Assembly (NCBI GenBank): GCA_024679065.1
Contig: JAGIQG010000004.1
Span: 26,722,001 to 26,786,000, forward strand
Length of the DNA stretch: 64,000 nucleotides
Direction of reading: 5' to 3'
Source: Sphyrna mokarran
Taxonomy: Eukaryota
Position numbers and translations under genes: made by a program. The notes beneath the pieces are model-generated. The model saw only the letters and a program-made list of their open reading frames with translations, searched no databases and was not told where the DNA came from. Of the stretch, positions 50,072 to 62,477 are shown in pieces (position 1 is the first letter of the stretch; every line of letters begins with the position of its first letter).

Positions 50072-52094
50072 GTGATCCGTATGCATCATAATGATGCCCA
50101 TAAATTTTTCCTTGCAGTGTCAATAGAACATGGCTGGGTCCACCGTCAGTTATGAACATCTAACTTTAACAGAACTACCTTACCAAATAATAGCAGACCC
50201 AAGAAGCATCATTTAATCCATAAACACATCTCTTGAATTTCCAGAGCTTCTCCTCTATTCCTGGTGCTGCCTTTGGAGGTTGTAAGAATACTTTGCTCTT
50301 GAGCAGGTTACCCAGTAGAAAAGTCGTTTTGATATCTATAGAGTTACATCTCCAAGAATAAGTGGTTAAATTGGTAAAAAGATATTCAAAAATCACATTT
50401 CCATCATTGAGACTATGATCTTTTTATTCCCCTCCAGCATTCCTCAAAACTTTAAGCTACCACTAAGCATTGGCCTTATAGGTCCCAACTGACAGGATCT
50501 TTTCTGTACAGATCCACCTGTGCAACAGAACAAAATAGGTCTATCATCAACATCTGAATTATTCCAAATACTTGCCTGTTTTGTAACTCTCTCATTTTAG
50601 CTTCTTTTAGAATCTTACCTTCTAATCTAGTAGCAGATACTGACACCTCTCTATCATGGGAATTTCTACTTCTGCCCTTTGTCTGAGATGACTCTCCCTT
50701 TCCCATGTGACATTATCAGGCTGCAGTCTCTTTTCTCTTGTTGAGATCTCGCTGGACTGCTTCTATTAACATGTCTACTAAGATCTTTCATACTGTGTGA
50801 TCTTTTCCTTCTGCTAAATAAGTTAACTCTCGACTCAGTACTTGAGCTAATTTTTCTTACTCTTCACTCTAGTACTTGCTGCTGCCAATCCATCCCCTTT
50901 CTTGTCTTTCATCTTGGACACTAAGTCTACTTTTATATTTGACTATTGATTTCCCTGTTCATCCCAATACTGTCTCCTCCCTCCTGTTGTCTGATCCTTC
51001 TGACCAGTATACCACCTTGGGACCTCCTTTACACAATCAATCCCTGCCCGAGATTACTGTTTCCAAGTTCTTCATTTCAGTACATGTGTCAATATGTATT
51101 TTCTTGAGCTTGCAAATTTTTTCCCTCTGGCTCCAAATTATATGCGAAATACAGGATGCCTTATTCACCTATGTTCTCAGAGTTTGAAAGTTCATAACTG
51201 ATTGTCTATCTTCTTAAGTTCATTAAATATCAACCACGCCTCACTAGCTGTTTGTCATCCTTTATGTAAATCCTGTCCATAAATTGTAGTGGAATCAGCA
51301 ACCCCTCCTTGGTATCTAACATTCAGTTCCAAAAATACTAATCTTATTTCTTTCTGGTAAAGATGAGGCCAAAGACATACCTTGCTTCTTCTTGGTAAAA
51401 GAAGTGACCCAAGTCCACGTTTTCACCTTCTTCTTCCATTGATTGTATGGGTTCCAATACCAGTGTGGAATACTAAACAGAAGGGCATCTCAGGATATAA
51501 GAAGAAACGGGGAAGCTGAATTGTTAAAGTACTGAGAGAATATTTATAAGGAATGGGAAAGAGATAATAAGTGAAGTGCGGTATGAGAAATGACAGGGAG
51601 TATGACAACTAGTTTTAGATCTGGCTTTCCCTTTCAATCCACTCTATATGTATGCTGTTTTAAGAATCTGACATGTTCAGAACTATAAATCAGTGGCCCT
51701 GATAATATAATTTACATTGCATGACAAAACTTGCCCTAACCCATTGTGAGCAATGCCACTTGAGAATCATTTAAATCGTTAAGTAAATAGCAGATTACTC
51801 TTTGACGATGAAAGAAGCGTTGCAATTTCACCATCTCTATTTCACCACATTTATTTCATCATCTCTACCTCTATATTAGTCATTGATTACATTCAGAATA
51901 AATAACAAAACAAACGCAATAATTGCAGGAGCTTCTTGAGAAATGTTCTTTGTTCAGTCATCTTCCACTGATTTATCACAAGGGAAAGAATGGAGCTGTT
52001 TGCAATTCCTCCAATGGGTTGATTCTGAGAAGGCTGCTCTGACGTTAACAAAGGTGACCTCAGATACAAATCTGTCAGAGGATTTCTGGCCACC

Positions 52095-52362
52095 TGCCTT
52101 CATCTTGTGGTCTGTCATATCTTGCAGACCTTGCCATAGTCAGTGGGTGTCTGTGTGGCTAGCCTGGATCTCTAGCTTGGTCCGATACTGTATTTTGGCA
52201 TCTTTGATGGATCTCCAAAGATCATATCTGGCTTTCTTGCATAGGTCAGGATCACCTGACTTGAATGCCTCAGTCCTGGACTTCAGCGAGCAGCAAAAAT
52301 CCTTGTTCATTCATGGTCTCCAGTTGGGAAACACACAGATTTGCTCCTTTGGCACACAAGAT
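52095..52362 (-). mobile_element. Rex1/Babar LINE internal fragment
   Basis: CVPKEQICVFPNWRP*MN...LKSRTEAFKSGDPDLCKKARYDL.RSIKDAK.QYRTKLE...LWQGLQDMTDHK, the Rex1 endonuclease-RT linker. Confidence 0.8.
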
Positions 52363-52494
52363 TTAGCTCCCTTTAACAGCCCCCGCCCCCCTCTCCCTGT
52401 TATTAATACCTAAGCTGGGTGACAGGATGTGGTCACCACTGACCAATAATTTAACTGACAAGCTACAAGACCAAGGCAGAGGCTGGTACTATGT

Positions 52495-52812
52495 CCCAGT
52501 GATGGTTGAATACAAAACTAGGGTTCATAGTTTGAAGATAAGGGGTAAACCTTTTAGAAGTGGTGATGAGAAATTTCTTCATCCAGAAGGTGTGAATATG
52601 TGCAATTCACTACCACAGAATGTTGCTGAGACAAAAACGTTGAATGATTTCAAGAAGAAATTAGATATAGCTCTTGGGGCTAAAGGGATCAAGGGCTATG
52701 GAAGAAAGTCAGGATTAGGATATTGAATATGATCACCATGATCAAACTGAATGATGGAGCAGGTTGAAGAGCCAAATGGCCTATTCCTGCTTCTAGTTTC
52801 TATGTTTTTATG
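52495..52812 (+). mobile_element. CR1/HER1 LINE 3' end
   Basis: KTRVHSLKIRGKPFR...NSLPQNVAETKTLNDFKKKLDIALGAKGIKGYG and tail ccaaatggcctattcctgcttctagtttctatg. Confidence 0.85.
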
Positions 52813-54089
52813 TCATCACTGGCTCAACTTCTGATTTCAGATGTTGCACTATAGCATCTAACATGGGCCATATGGAAAAAAATAACTATTTTGAAGGAAT
52901 ATTCTTCATTTCTTATTTCCCAAAACATAACTTTAGCAAAAAAAAAGTCTGGTAAATCAACAATAGAAGGTATGGTAGAGGTTTTTGTTTACCAAGTTCA
53001 GGCAACAAACCAACACCAACAAAGGCCTGTTAACATTTCCTAAGCAGTTTTGCTTGACACACTATCATGTTTCTACACAATATCAGCTGAATAAGTTTAA
53101 AACCTCCTAATATTTTCAGTTCAAAAGAAAGGTTTTCCTGGAAACCATGGAGAAAATGTCAGGTACAATCAGTTGTTCTTTGCTGGATTTCATATTCGAG
53201 TCATTATTTCTATTAATGCATTGAGCAAGCCTCATCATACTTTTCCTTTAAACTAGTTCAGAACAGAATTTGTGACAGCACCTTCGTGATTCACAAAGAC
53301 AAATATCACCTTTGTTCATGATTTTACTTTATCCAGAGGTATCCTTGGTATTATCCTATCCAGCTAGTCCTGTGAACTTCAGTGGAAAACTGGCATATCT
53401 GCACTTGGGTGTGGGTGTTTGGCAGTGGGGAGGGGAGACGGGGGATGATAGTCAGAGAAACCCACGAGTAGCAGTGACAGCCAATGCAAGACATTTGGTT
53501 GCACTCTCCATTCAAAGATCACAGCCTGTGGAAAATATAGATTTGTGTAAAGAATAGTTGTAGAAACAATTCAATCTGAAGCCAGGGAGTAATGTGACAT
53601 TTTACAAAAAGACTCTATACGATGATTGTATAGTCCCTCACAAAATACAGATACTTTGCAAATAAAAAGCTAAATATAAGCACTGCAAATAAAACACGGG
53701 GTTTTGTGAAAATAGCTGTGATTGACTTTCAGCATTGTGTTTGTCTTAAGTTTGAGCTACAAATTTGCATGAGTTGGTGATAGGACATTTCCTATAACTA
53801 TTACAAATGCTATTCATGTCCCATCCCACCTTACATTCAGAATGGGTTCTAAATTCATATATAAGTCAGTGTAAACAACTTCAGTTACCTCGCTGAATAA
53901 ATAAGATCAGGAAAAATATCAATCTATTAAGCAAGAAATTTAGTATATCCAGGCACACGAACTCAATAACGGGCTGTCATTGAGTTGAGCTCAGCAGGAC
54001 TGAATTCAGCTCAATTCATCATTACCCATACTGTGAGCATGCAGAGTTGAGAATTTACAAAAGGGTAAAGGGCAACTTCAAATGGATGC

Positions 54090-54335
54090 CATTATAGAGT
54101 GTTATAGTAAACATCTTCCTACCTGAATGTATGTACTGATGTTTTTTAGGGTGAACATGTGTGAACGACATCATCAGTAGTATAAGCTTTTGCTGGTCGG
54201 GTCTTACCACAAGGGATCTGTGTAACTAGCTGCCTCCAGATTCGAGTCCATGCTGTACTGTATTTCAATATTTTTATAAGTAAAGATGATTGAATATCAT
54301 AATGCATTCGACGATCTTTTTGTGGGCAAGTTACG
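54090..54335 (+). repeat. Gypsy 5' LTR
   Basis: Aligns with 58775-59008 (agagtgtt..aa.catcttcct...catcagtag...gattgaatatc...gcaagttac). Confidence 0.8.
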
Positions 54336-57300
54336 TCCTTTTGACAATGAAGCGGTATAGAAGGAACAGAAAAATTTGAGATTTGGCATTGCACTATAAA
54401 AATTTGCACAGTGAGTAGCTAGCTTGTGTAGTGAGAGGCAGTAGAAGGTTCTGATCAGCAGGGTTAAGAGTTTACCAATGGAAAACAGATTAGGAGCACC
54501 ATGACTATGTTCAGGATGATCAGTGAATCTATAGAAGATAACAAGGATTAGACTGAATATGAGCAAAAGTTGGAGCACTCTTTCTTAGCAAATGGTATTG
54601 CAGTTGAGGCTAAAACATGCTCAGTTTTCCTGAGTATATGTAGGATGAAAACTTAAAAGCTAGTGAGGAATTTAGCACATCATGGAAGCTGGAGGAGTGG
54701 GATAGTGGGGCTTGAGGGGGAAGGGGGAACAGTGGGGGCATCTCATCTGCAGATTTAGTTGCAATGATGAACAAATCTGGAACAAATCTCTAACATTAAT
54801 GAGGATAGCATTCAGCATCGTTGTTTGGAGAAACCACACCGACTTTCAAAAGGTCTCTCGGTACTTCTCAGGGCATGAAAATGGCTGCCAGTAAAGCAAA
54901 AGATATTCTAAAGGCCAATGGCAGTGCACAGGTGGGTGTACTGCATCAAGTGAAGAAAGAGGCTGCAAGCAAAAAGCTGCAAGCAATGGAATGTTTCAGA
55001 TGTAGAATGAAAAACTATGCAAATTTAAAGGCACAGTTTGTCACTGTTGCAGTGAGAAGTGTTATTCAGCTAAAAAAGGCAGCAGAGCTAAGAGCAAGTT
55101 GAAGGCTGAGCAGGAATTCAGACAGGCCTCAGTCAGCTATACATCACCTAGAAAGTCAGGGCAGGTAAAGGAATACTCTTACAATATGTTTAATATGAGT
55201 GAGGCACATGCAAAATTTATCTATGCAACAGCAGGAGTCAATGGAAAACAAATCAAGGTGGAGGTGGACATGGGAACCTCTGCAACAGTAATCAGTGAGG
55301 AGACCCACAGGAAGACTTGGGGCTCTAAGCAACATCAGCCCTTATTTAAACAGGGATTCAAGTTTGGACATACACCGATGTTGTTGCATTGTCTGAGTTG
55401 TTAAAGATATACATTGCATACAACAACCAAGAAGCAAAACCAAGGGCCCAGGGGTAAAAGAGAACAGCCTACTTTACTACGGTGTGTCTGGCTCTGTAAA
55501 ATTCTTTGAATTGGGGTGAGATTACGCACACAGGTGACAGAGGATATCATTCAAAAACATCCTGAGGTTTTTAAAAATGAACTGGATACATTGCATAGCA
55601 CTACAATTAAATTGTTCATAAATCTCAAGCTATTTTTCACTTTTACAAGCCAGGAAAATGCCCTATGCATGAAAGGTAAAGTGGACGAGGAGTTCAAGTG
55701 GCTGCAGCGACACGCAATTACTGACCCCGTTCAGTTCCTGTTCTTAATAGCGATGATACAGTGCGCATATGTGGCGATTAATTAATCTGGTTCCCAAACC
55801 GGACGTTTACCCATTAACCGCAGGTGGAAGATCTGTTTCCAACACTTGCAGGAGGCAGAACTTCCTCAAAACTTGACAAGAGCCACACATATCAGCAGTT
55901 TCTGTTAGAGGAGGACTCAAACAGTACGCTACAATCAACACTCACAAGGATTTGTTTAAATATAACCATCTGGTTTTCAAGATGTCTCAGTCTGGTGATC
56001 TTTCAGAGGACAATGGACAATCTATTGCAGGGGGATTCCTCATATAGCAGGTTATTTGGAAGACATTCTGATCACAGGGAAAACTGAGGAGGAGCCCCTC
56101 AGCAACCCGGATCAAGTGTTAAAAAGATTTTCAGAGGCAGGGCTCAGTCTAAAGCAAGTGAATCTTCCAGGCACAGTGTGGAATATTTGATTCACAAAAT
56201 TAGACTGCAGGGTATACCCCCAGTGGAAAACAAAGTCAGAGTATAAAGGAACCTTCAAACTCAAGAACTGTGTCAGATCTCGGGCCATTTCTGGACATGG
56301 TAAATTACTTTGGGAAGTTTCTGCCAGCACTTTCAACAGCATTGGTGCCACTGTAGTGATTATTTCACAAAGAAACAAAATGAGAGTGAGGTCCAGCACA
56401 ATAGGAAACTTCAAAGGATTTAGAAATGCTGCTACAATCAGCCAATCTGCAGGTTCACTTTGATCAAATCAGACAACTCATTCTGTGATGCAATACCTTA
56501 CATATTGGGGCCGCACTCTCTTACCTGATGGAGGATGGGTCAAAGAAACACTTTGATTTTTCATTACATACGCTAACAACAGCTGTGCAGGGATACTTGC
56601 AATTAGACAAAGAAGGTCTAACCATCGTTTTGCTGTAAAACCGTTTCATCAGTACGTTTATAGTAATTCATTCATTATATATATAGACCACAGGCCACTG
56701 ATGAGTCTTTTCAGTGAAATTCAAAAGCACTCCTCCCAAGGCCTGGGCCAGAATACAGCACTAGGCTCTCACCTTGTCAGCCAATCAGCATTACATTGTG
56801 TATGAGACAGAAAAGGACAATGCAAATGTGGATTCGTTGAATCGTTTCCCTTTACCAGACATGCCAACTAGGACATTTTTTTCTTCCACGCACACCTTTC
56901 TTGCTCAAGAGACTTTCACATTCTCCAGTGAATGCTAAACAGATTAAGCAGTGGACAGACCAGGACATTGTTCTATCCTAAGTGAAGAGATTCCTTAAGC
57001 AGGGATGGCCTACAGTTATAGGTATGATGAACTGGGACCATATGCAAAGTGGAAAAATGAACTAATGTGCAGGACAGCTGGGGATGCAGAGGGTTCATTC
57101 CATCCCCTGGTCAGTCACAAGCCTTGGATGAAGTTCATGATGCTCATCCAGGTGCCTCCTAAATGAAAAGTTTAACCAGGTTGTATGTTTGGTATCCATC
57201 CAATGGACCAGGACTTGGAGAATAAGATGGAATTGTGTTCTGCGTGTTGGCTCAAGCAAAAGATGGCACCACCACTACATCTGTTGGACTGGCCTGTCAT

Positions 57301-57815
57301 TCGTGATCTAGACTTCATGTGGACTTTGCAGGGCCTTTTATTGGTCATTTGTTTCTAATCATCATGGACATGCATTTTAAATGGTTCAAAGAACGCATCA
57401 TGAGCAACATTACAGCTTTGATGATGATAGAGAAGCAATACCAAGCTTCTTACAACTGATGATTAACCGGATTCTTTTATTTCTGATAACGGTACAATGC
57501 TTACAAGTGACCTATTCCAAGAGCTTACGCAAAGGGATGGAATATGCCATGTTCATTCTGCACCTTTTCACTGTTGAGCAGAACAAATTGCTCAGACATT
57601 GAAAGAAGGATTGAGGACGATAGTGGGTGAAACTTTGGGAACCAAGTTCCCATCGCTTATTTTAGTATCATATCATGCCACAAACAACAGGATTCTCATC
57701 AACTGAATTACTGATGGGTAGAAAGTCTCATCTGGATCTGCTACATCCAGATGTCATATGAGAATGGGAAGGAGAAGGAAAAGCAGAAGGAGAGACATGA
57801 CTACATGCTTAGGAG

Positions 57816-57990
57816 CCAGTACGAAGTCTCACATCATCAGGTTAAAGTCCAACAGGTTTATTCGGAATCATGAGTTTTCCGAGCATTGCTCCTTCATCAG
57901 GTGAAAGATCATGATTCCAAATAAAGCTGTTGGACTTTAACCTGATGTTGTGAGACTTCTTACTGTGCCAACCCCAGTTCAATGCAACAT
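57816..57990. mobile_element. Foldback Penelope family-B terminal-repeat insertion in the Gypsy integrase
   Basis: 57-bp inverted arms 57817-57873 / 57909-57965 (4 mismatches). 12-bp duplication CATGCTTAGGAG (57804-57815) / CATGCTAAGGAG (57991-58002). Confidence 0.85.
57869..57903 (-). ncRNA. Minimal hammerhead ribozyme motif, degenerate
   Basis: Minus strand CAC-CUGAUGA-A-GGAGC(AAU)GCUCG-GAAA-AC-UC-AUG. Core intact, mismatches at the stem II base, helix III and stem I. Confidence 0.6.
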
Positions 57991-58183
57991 CATGCTAAGG
58001 AGACACATTTCAACTTGAATGATTGTGGCTATGAAAAGAATTTGGGATATTAGCAACCAAATTATTATTGAATAGTGTTTTCAACCAAAGAGGTCCTGGA
58101 GCTTTAGTAATGAAACCAGCCAATGAAAGACTCATTCGCGGACACCAGAACCACATTGCGATGACATAGAACCATTATACTAA

Positions 58184-58495
58184 TCATAGAACCTACAGTG
58201 CAGAAGGAGGCCATTTGGCCCATCGAACCTGCACTGACAACAATCTCATGCAGGTCCTAATCCCATAACCCTACCTCCAAGTCCTACTAACACAAAGAGA
58301 TAATTTATCATGGCCAATCAACTTAACCTGCACATCTTTTGGAGTATGGGAAGAAACTGCTGCACCCAGAGGAAACCCACACAGGCATGGGGAGAACATG
58401 CAAACTCCACATAGACAGTGATGTGAGGCCAGAATCAAACCTGGGTCCTGAGCACTGTGAGACAGCAGTGCCAACAACTTTGTACCATCACGCCA
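58184..58495 (-). mobile_element. HE1-like V-SINE inside the Gypsy element
   Basis: Head, V core (gtggagtttgcatgttctcccc) and tail as in the other copies. Confidence 0.88.
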
Positions 58496-58774
58496 CTCGG
58501 TAGAAGGAAATGCTGCTGCGGACATTTGACAAGAAGTGGTTTCTAATGTATAAGGAGAGGACAAGGGATATTCAATCTACTTCTGCACCCACAAGTCCAG
58601 CCTCACTGAAACAAACTTCACCAGTATGGACTCAGTCACCAGTGGTACTGCACAGATCACAACCCAATTGCAAAGCTCCAGAAAGATTCTCATATAATTG
58701 ACACATTAATTTCATTATGTTTCTTTTCTTAAGATTGAAATTAATGTGGGGGACGGAGGCGGGGGGGGGGGTGA

Positions 58775-59008
58775 TGTTACAGAGTGTTTTCATAAGCATC
58801 TTCCTATTTGAGTGTGTGTCCTGATGTCTTTAACGGGTAACAGCATGCAATAATGATGTCATCAGTAGCGTGGACTTTCACAGGTTGAGTCTTATTGTGA
58901 GGGACCCATGCAACCAGCTGTCTCCAATTCTGTGTTTTGATATTTTTATAAGAAGATTGAATATCCTAACATGTTCAACTACCTGATTGTGGCCAAGTTA
59001 CCGTAATA
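58775..59008 (+). repeat. Gypsy 3' LTR
   Basis: Starts TGTTAC after the polypurine tract and ends GTAATA (inverted TGTTAC, one mismatch), followed by the ATGC TSD. Confidence 0.82.
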
Positions 59009-59257
59009 ATGCTTATCCAACATATTTGTGGAATTACAGTGAGAATTAATATTTCTACTTTTCTACCATGGAGTTGCCCTTCCCACATTTGATCACACAA
59101 TCATTAGTTAGTCACAATATGGATAAATAGCTCATAAAATTTGAGTGATATTATGGGGACAGTATACTTTTCAAGTATTCATTAAAGTTATGTTATTTCA
59201 AATTCTTACGGCTACATTTTAAAATGGAAATCTATTCCCCACCTCAATGAGCACAAT

Positions 59258-60459
59258 GAGCCCGATTTTACCATTTTCATTCTACGTGCTGAATCTGGGT
59301 GCAAACTCAGATCCAACTTAGAAATCTGCTCTCTGGCACACGCCACGTGCACTTAGCCTGAAAAGGAAATCACAAGTCTGAATCCTACTGTGGGTACAGC
59401 TTAGAACGCCTGAAACAATCAGAGCTCTGAACTGTGCATGTGCAGTGAAGAAAAAAAATTGAAATTCGTGCCGCAGATAAAGCGGCCTGGGAGCAATGGT
59501 GCCACAGATATCACCCCCATCCCTACAATATAGCTATCCCCCTTATTCACCCAGCCTTCCCCACTACCCAGACCGATTGCCCACAGAGTAGCAGTGGACC
59601 ACCCCTGCCCTTCTGTCTCTCCCCTGAGATCCATCTAAGCTGTTTCCTTCTCCCTCCCACCCCATCCACTAGGGATATATCTGACCACTTCCCTCATTCC
59701 CCCCACCTCCCCAGAGATTTATCAGGCCATCGACTGCCACATCCCCCACACCCCCTGCACCCTTGCACTCTGCACCACCCCTCCCCCTCCCGCTCCCGCT
59801 CCCCCCCCACCGAATGATCAAGACCTCCTCCCTCTCTCCCCAGAATGATGCCCCACCCCCTCAACAGACAACAATCTGGCCTTCCTCCTCCCCCCACTTC
59901 ACCAGACAACGTTCTGCCTCTTACCCCCACTACCCCTCCCGCCGCCAGACAATGATCTACCCTCCCTTCTCCCCGTCCATCAGAGAAACATCTGACCCAC
60001 CTCCCCCCCAACAGAAAATAATCAGGCTCCCTTCTTCGGCTGCCTCCCATTAGAGAATGAACTGACCCGCCTTCCTCCTCCCTCTGCCCACACCCCACTC
60101 CCCAACCATGGATCTGAGGCAGAGAGCCACCGGAAACTCTGAACTTACCTCTGCAGAAGCTAGAGTGCCCGAAACAAACCTTGACCAATCATGTCTGTTT
60201 CGTGCTGAATCTGGACACACAAACCCAATGATAAAGGAGGAAATGCTGATAAAGTTGGACGGGCAGTTCATTAATTCAATTTGAATGTATGCAAATACAT
60301 TTAAATCGTCACTGCGCCCGTTTCGGGTGCAAATCAGATTGCGGCCATTTTCGGTCCTTGGTAAAGTGGGCATCTGTGTGGACTCAGGCGCGGATCGCAT
60401 TAATTGCCTCACATCCAACTTTACCACATTTTTGCACCTGCGATGGTAAAATCAGGCCT
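59258..60459. mobile_element. ~1.2-kb non-autonomous DNA transposon (Harbinger-type)
   Basis: 17-bp TIRs gagcccgattttaccat / atggtaaaatcaggcct, flanks AAT / AAC, C-rich interior with no credible ORF. Confidence 0.75.
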
Positions 60460-62477
60460 AACATTCACAAAAAAGACACTCTTGTTGCAATAATGGTGAC
60501 ACTTCAATTGCTTATGAATGCTGTCACTGCCACATTTACTGTAGCTTCCCCAGATAGTGCATTTAAAATACCAGACGCTACTGTTAAAGTCATTAGTACA
60601 TTCAAGGTCAGTAAACACTGAATACACTGATCTGTTCAAAACAAAACAGTACTTTATAAATTATATGGGTAGTTTTAATTTTGTGAAAAAACAATACTCA
60701 TCAACACCAAGGAGCTTGCATTGTTTCACTACAAGCCACGTCAAGCTACAAGCCCACAGAATTTTTACTGCAAGACAGACTGCAACATCTATGCTAGAAG
60801 GAAGAAAAAGCTCACTCAAAAATCTCTGAAAGGTCACTTTTTCCAGTCACACCTGCTTAGTTACTTATCCTTCAGGCTTCTTTGGGCATTTGCTGCAGCA
60901 TGTATTCACAAGCAACTTGAGACATGCAATCTCAAGGGAATAAAAACAGGCAACTCAGTTAAGTCAGAAATCTTACCCCTTTCACTGCCCGTAGGGCAAT
61001 TTCCATATTCAACATTTGACAGATTTGCTGGAAAATGTATAAAATGGATCTAAATCAATTATGAAATGCCATCTATCCATCTGTCTAACAGGATACTAAG
61101 TTTTCTGAAAGGACATTGAGAATTATACATAATTAAAGCCCTAAGTATATCTTAACTGGAAGCAAATGGTGGATGCAGTTCTAAATAAACTCCAGGAGTT
61201 AATTCCAGAATTTTTATTCATATGTTTGAGGACAACTTCCTTGTCATGCCAATTTACCTCTTGCACAATCAACATTTAACAATGCAGTTCCTTTTTCAAT
61301 TCTTGAGCTTCATTCTGAGTGTTTCACAACCAAATAATTTTCTTTTCTGTGGGAGAAGTTATGTTGACAAAAGCAACTCAGATTAAAAGATTAAATGTCA
61401 CATTTTGAGCTCTTTGCTTCAGGCTGAGAAATTTTTCATTCAACAATATTGGTTTTATGAAAGATTTAAGGATGTGTTTTTTAGTACTGGAAAGTACTTT
61501 CCTACACACTCAGAAATTTTTAACTTTGCGCCTTTTTAAATCAAATTTGAATAAGGTGCTAAATAACAACAACCCATTTCTTTTAAATAACACCTATGCT
61601 TGAAAAACTTAATCTAAAATTAAATATTGATTTTGATTTTAGAACTCTCAACTATTTTGAACAAAAACAAAAGGGTTAAAAGCTTACAATCTACATGAAG
61701 CATTTCCTCAGTTAATAACTATGCAGTATCATAACACAAAACTATGCAGAGTTGTAAATCCACAAAAGCAAAACTCTAAAGAAAATGAAAAAGAGATGGA
61801 TCCGCAGATGAAACAGTCAAGAAAAATGCAGTGAGATAGAGCAGACGAAGAAAAATGAGAGGAAGCGACAAACTAGAATGCAAGCAACTTATATTAACAA
61901 AGTTCCTATTAAGACACAAATACGTGGAAAGAGACTGAAAAGAAAATACTAAAGAATAAATGAAACCTGCAGAGACAGGCCTTACCATTAACAGGCCTTT
62001 ATCCAGGTTATTTCTAGAAATACATTATTCTCAAAAATATTTCACATTTGCAGCAAGTATAGTGTAGCGTGCCGAACTTAACTATGAACAGACGCAATAC
62101 AACAGAAATATGCAGAAGGAGGGCACAGTGAATTATGAGGTCCAAATGCTTACAGATAATAACAGTGTAAGGACCGTTAGCACTACGCATGACCATTCAT
62201 GTTTTAATGAGAAAGCAAGTAATGCGGCAAGAAAGGTCGTGGGGTGAAATGGAGGTCAGTGACACCAATTAGATAGTGATAGTGGTCACAGTTTAGACTT
62301 GCTACCAATGGGCGTGTTAAGATTTTTACATTTTTTTTCTACCATACGTATATTTTTTGGTAGTGTGTTTGTCCCCAGGTGCCAGATCATAGCATTCTCT
62401 TCAGCAACCATGTAATAGACACACCAATTAAAGTTTGCTGGTTGTGCTCAAATGCACATTTTAATGTTGAGAGTTAT

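Larger units (their letters stand above)
49070..51430 (-). mobile_element. Decayed, internally deleted Ty1/Copia LTR retrotransposon (gag N-terminus, RT, RNase H)
   Basis: Gag-like WVTSFTKKKQGMSLASSLP. RT SIDIKTTFLLG...LWKFKRCVYGLNDAS and DPAMFY...IMMHTD. RNase H FSDVSHVN..DGFSSTGSFVIFL...LVWEANK...ETLAVVDVVD. LTRs not identified. Confidence 0.75.
54500..58160 (+). pseudogene. Gypsy gag-pol remnant
   Basis: Gag TEYEQKLEHSFLANGI; protease VEVDMGTSATVISEET; RT RICGD, EDLFPTLAGG..SKLD, IFQRTMDNLLQG, YLEDILITG; RNase H DKEGL.IVFAVK.FHQY, DHRPL; integrase HDAHPG, RLHVDFAGPF, SDNG. Confidence 0.88.
54090..59008 (+). mobile_element. Full-length decayed Ty3/Gypsy (Mag-like) LTR retrotransposon
   Basis: Paired LTRs, 4-bp TSD ATGC (54086-54089 / 59009-59012), decayed primer-binding site tgacaatgaag (~54342), G-rich polypurine tract 58748-58774, gag-PR-RT-RH-IN order. 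Confidence 0.9.

Noticed and set aside
59694-60188. Gly/Pro-rich ORFs (164 and 96 aa)
   Set aside because: They are products of the C-rich low-complexity interior of a non-autonomous transposon.
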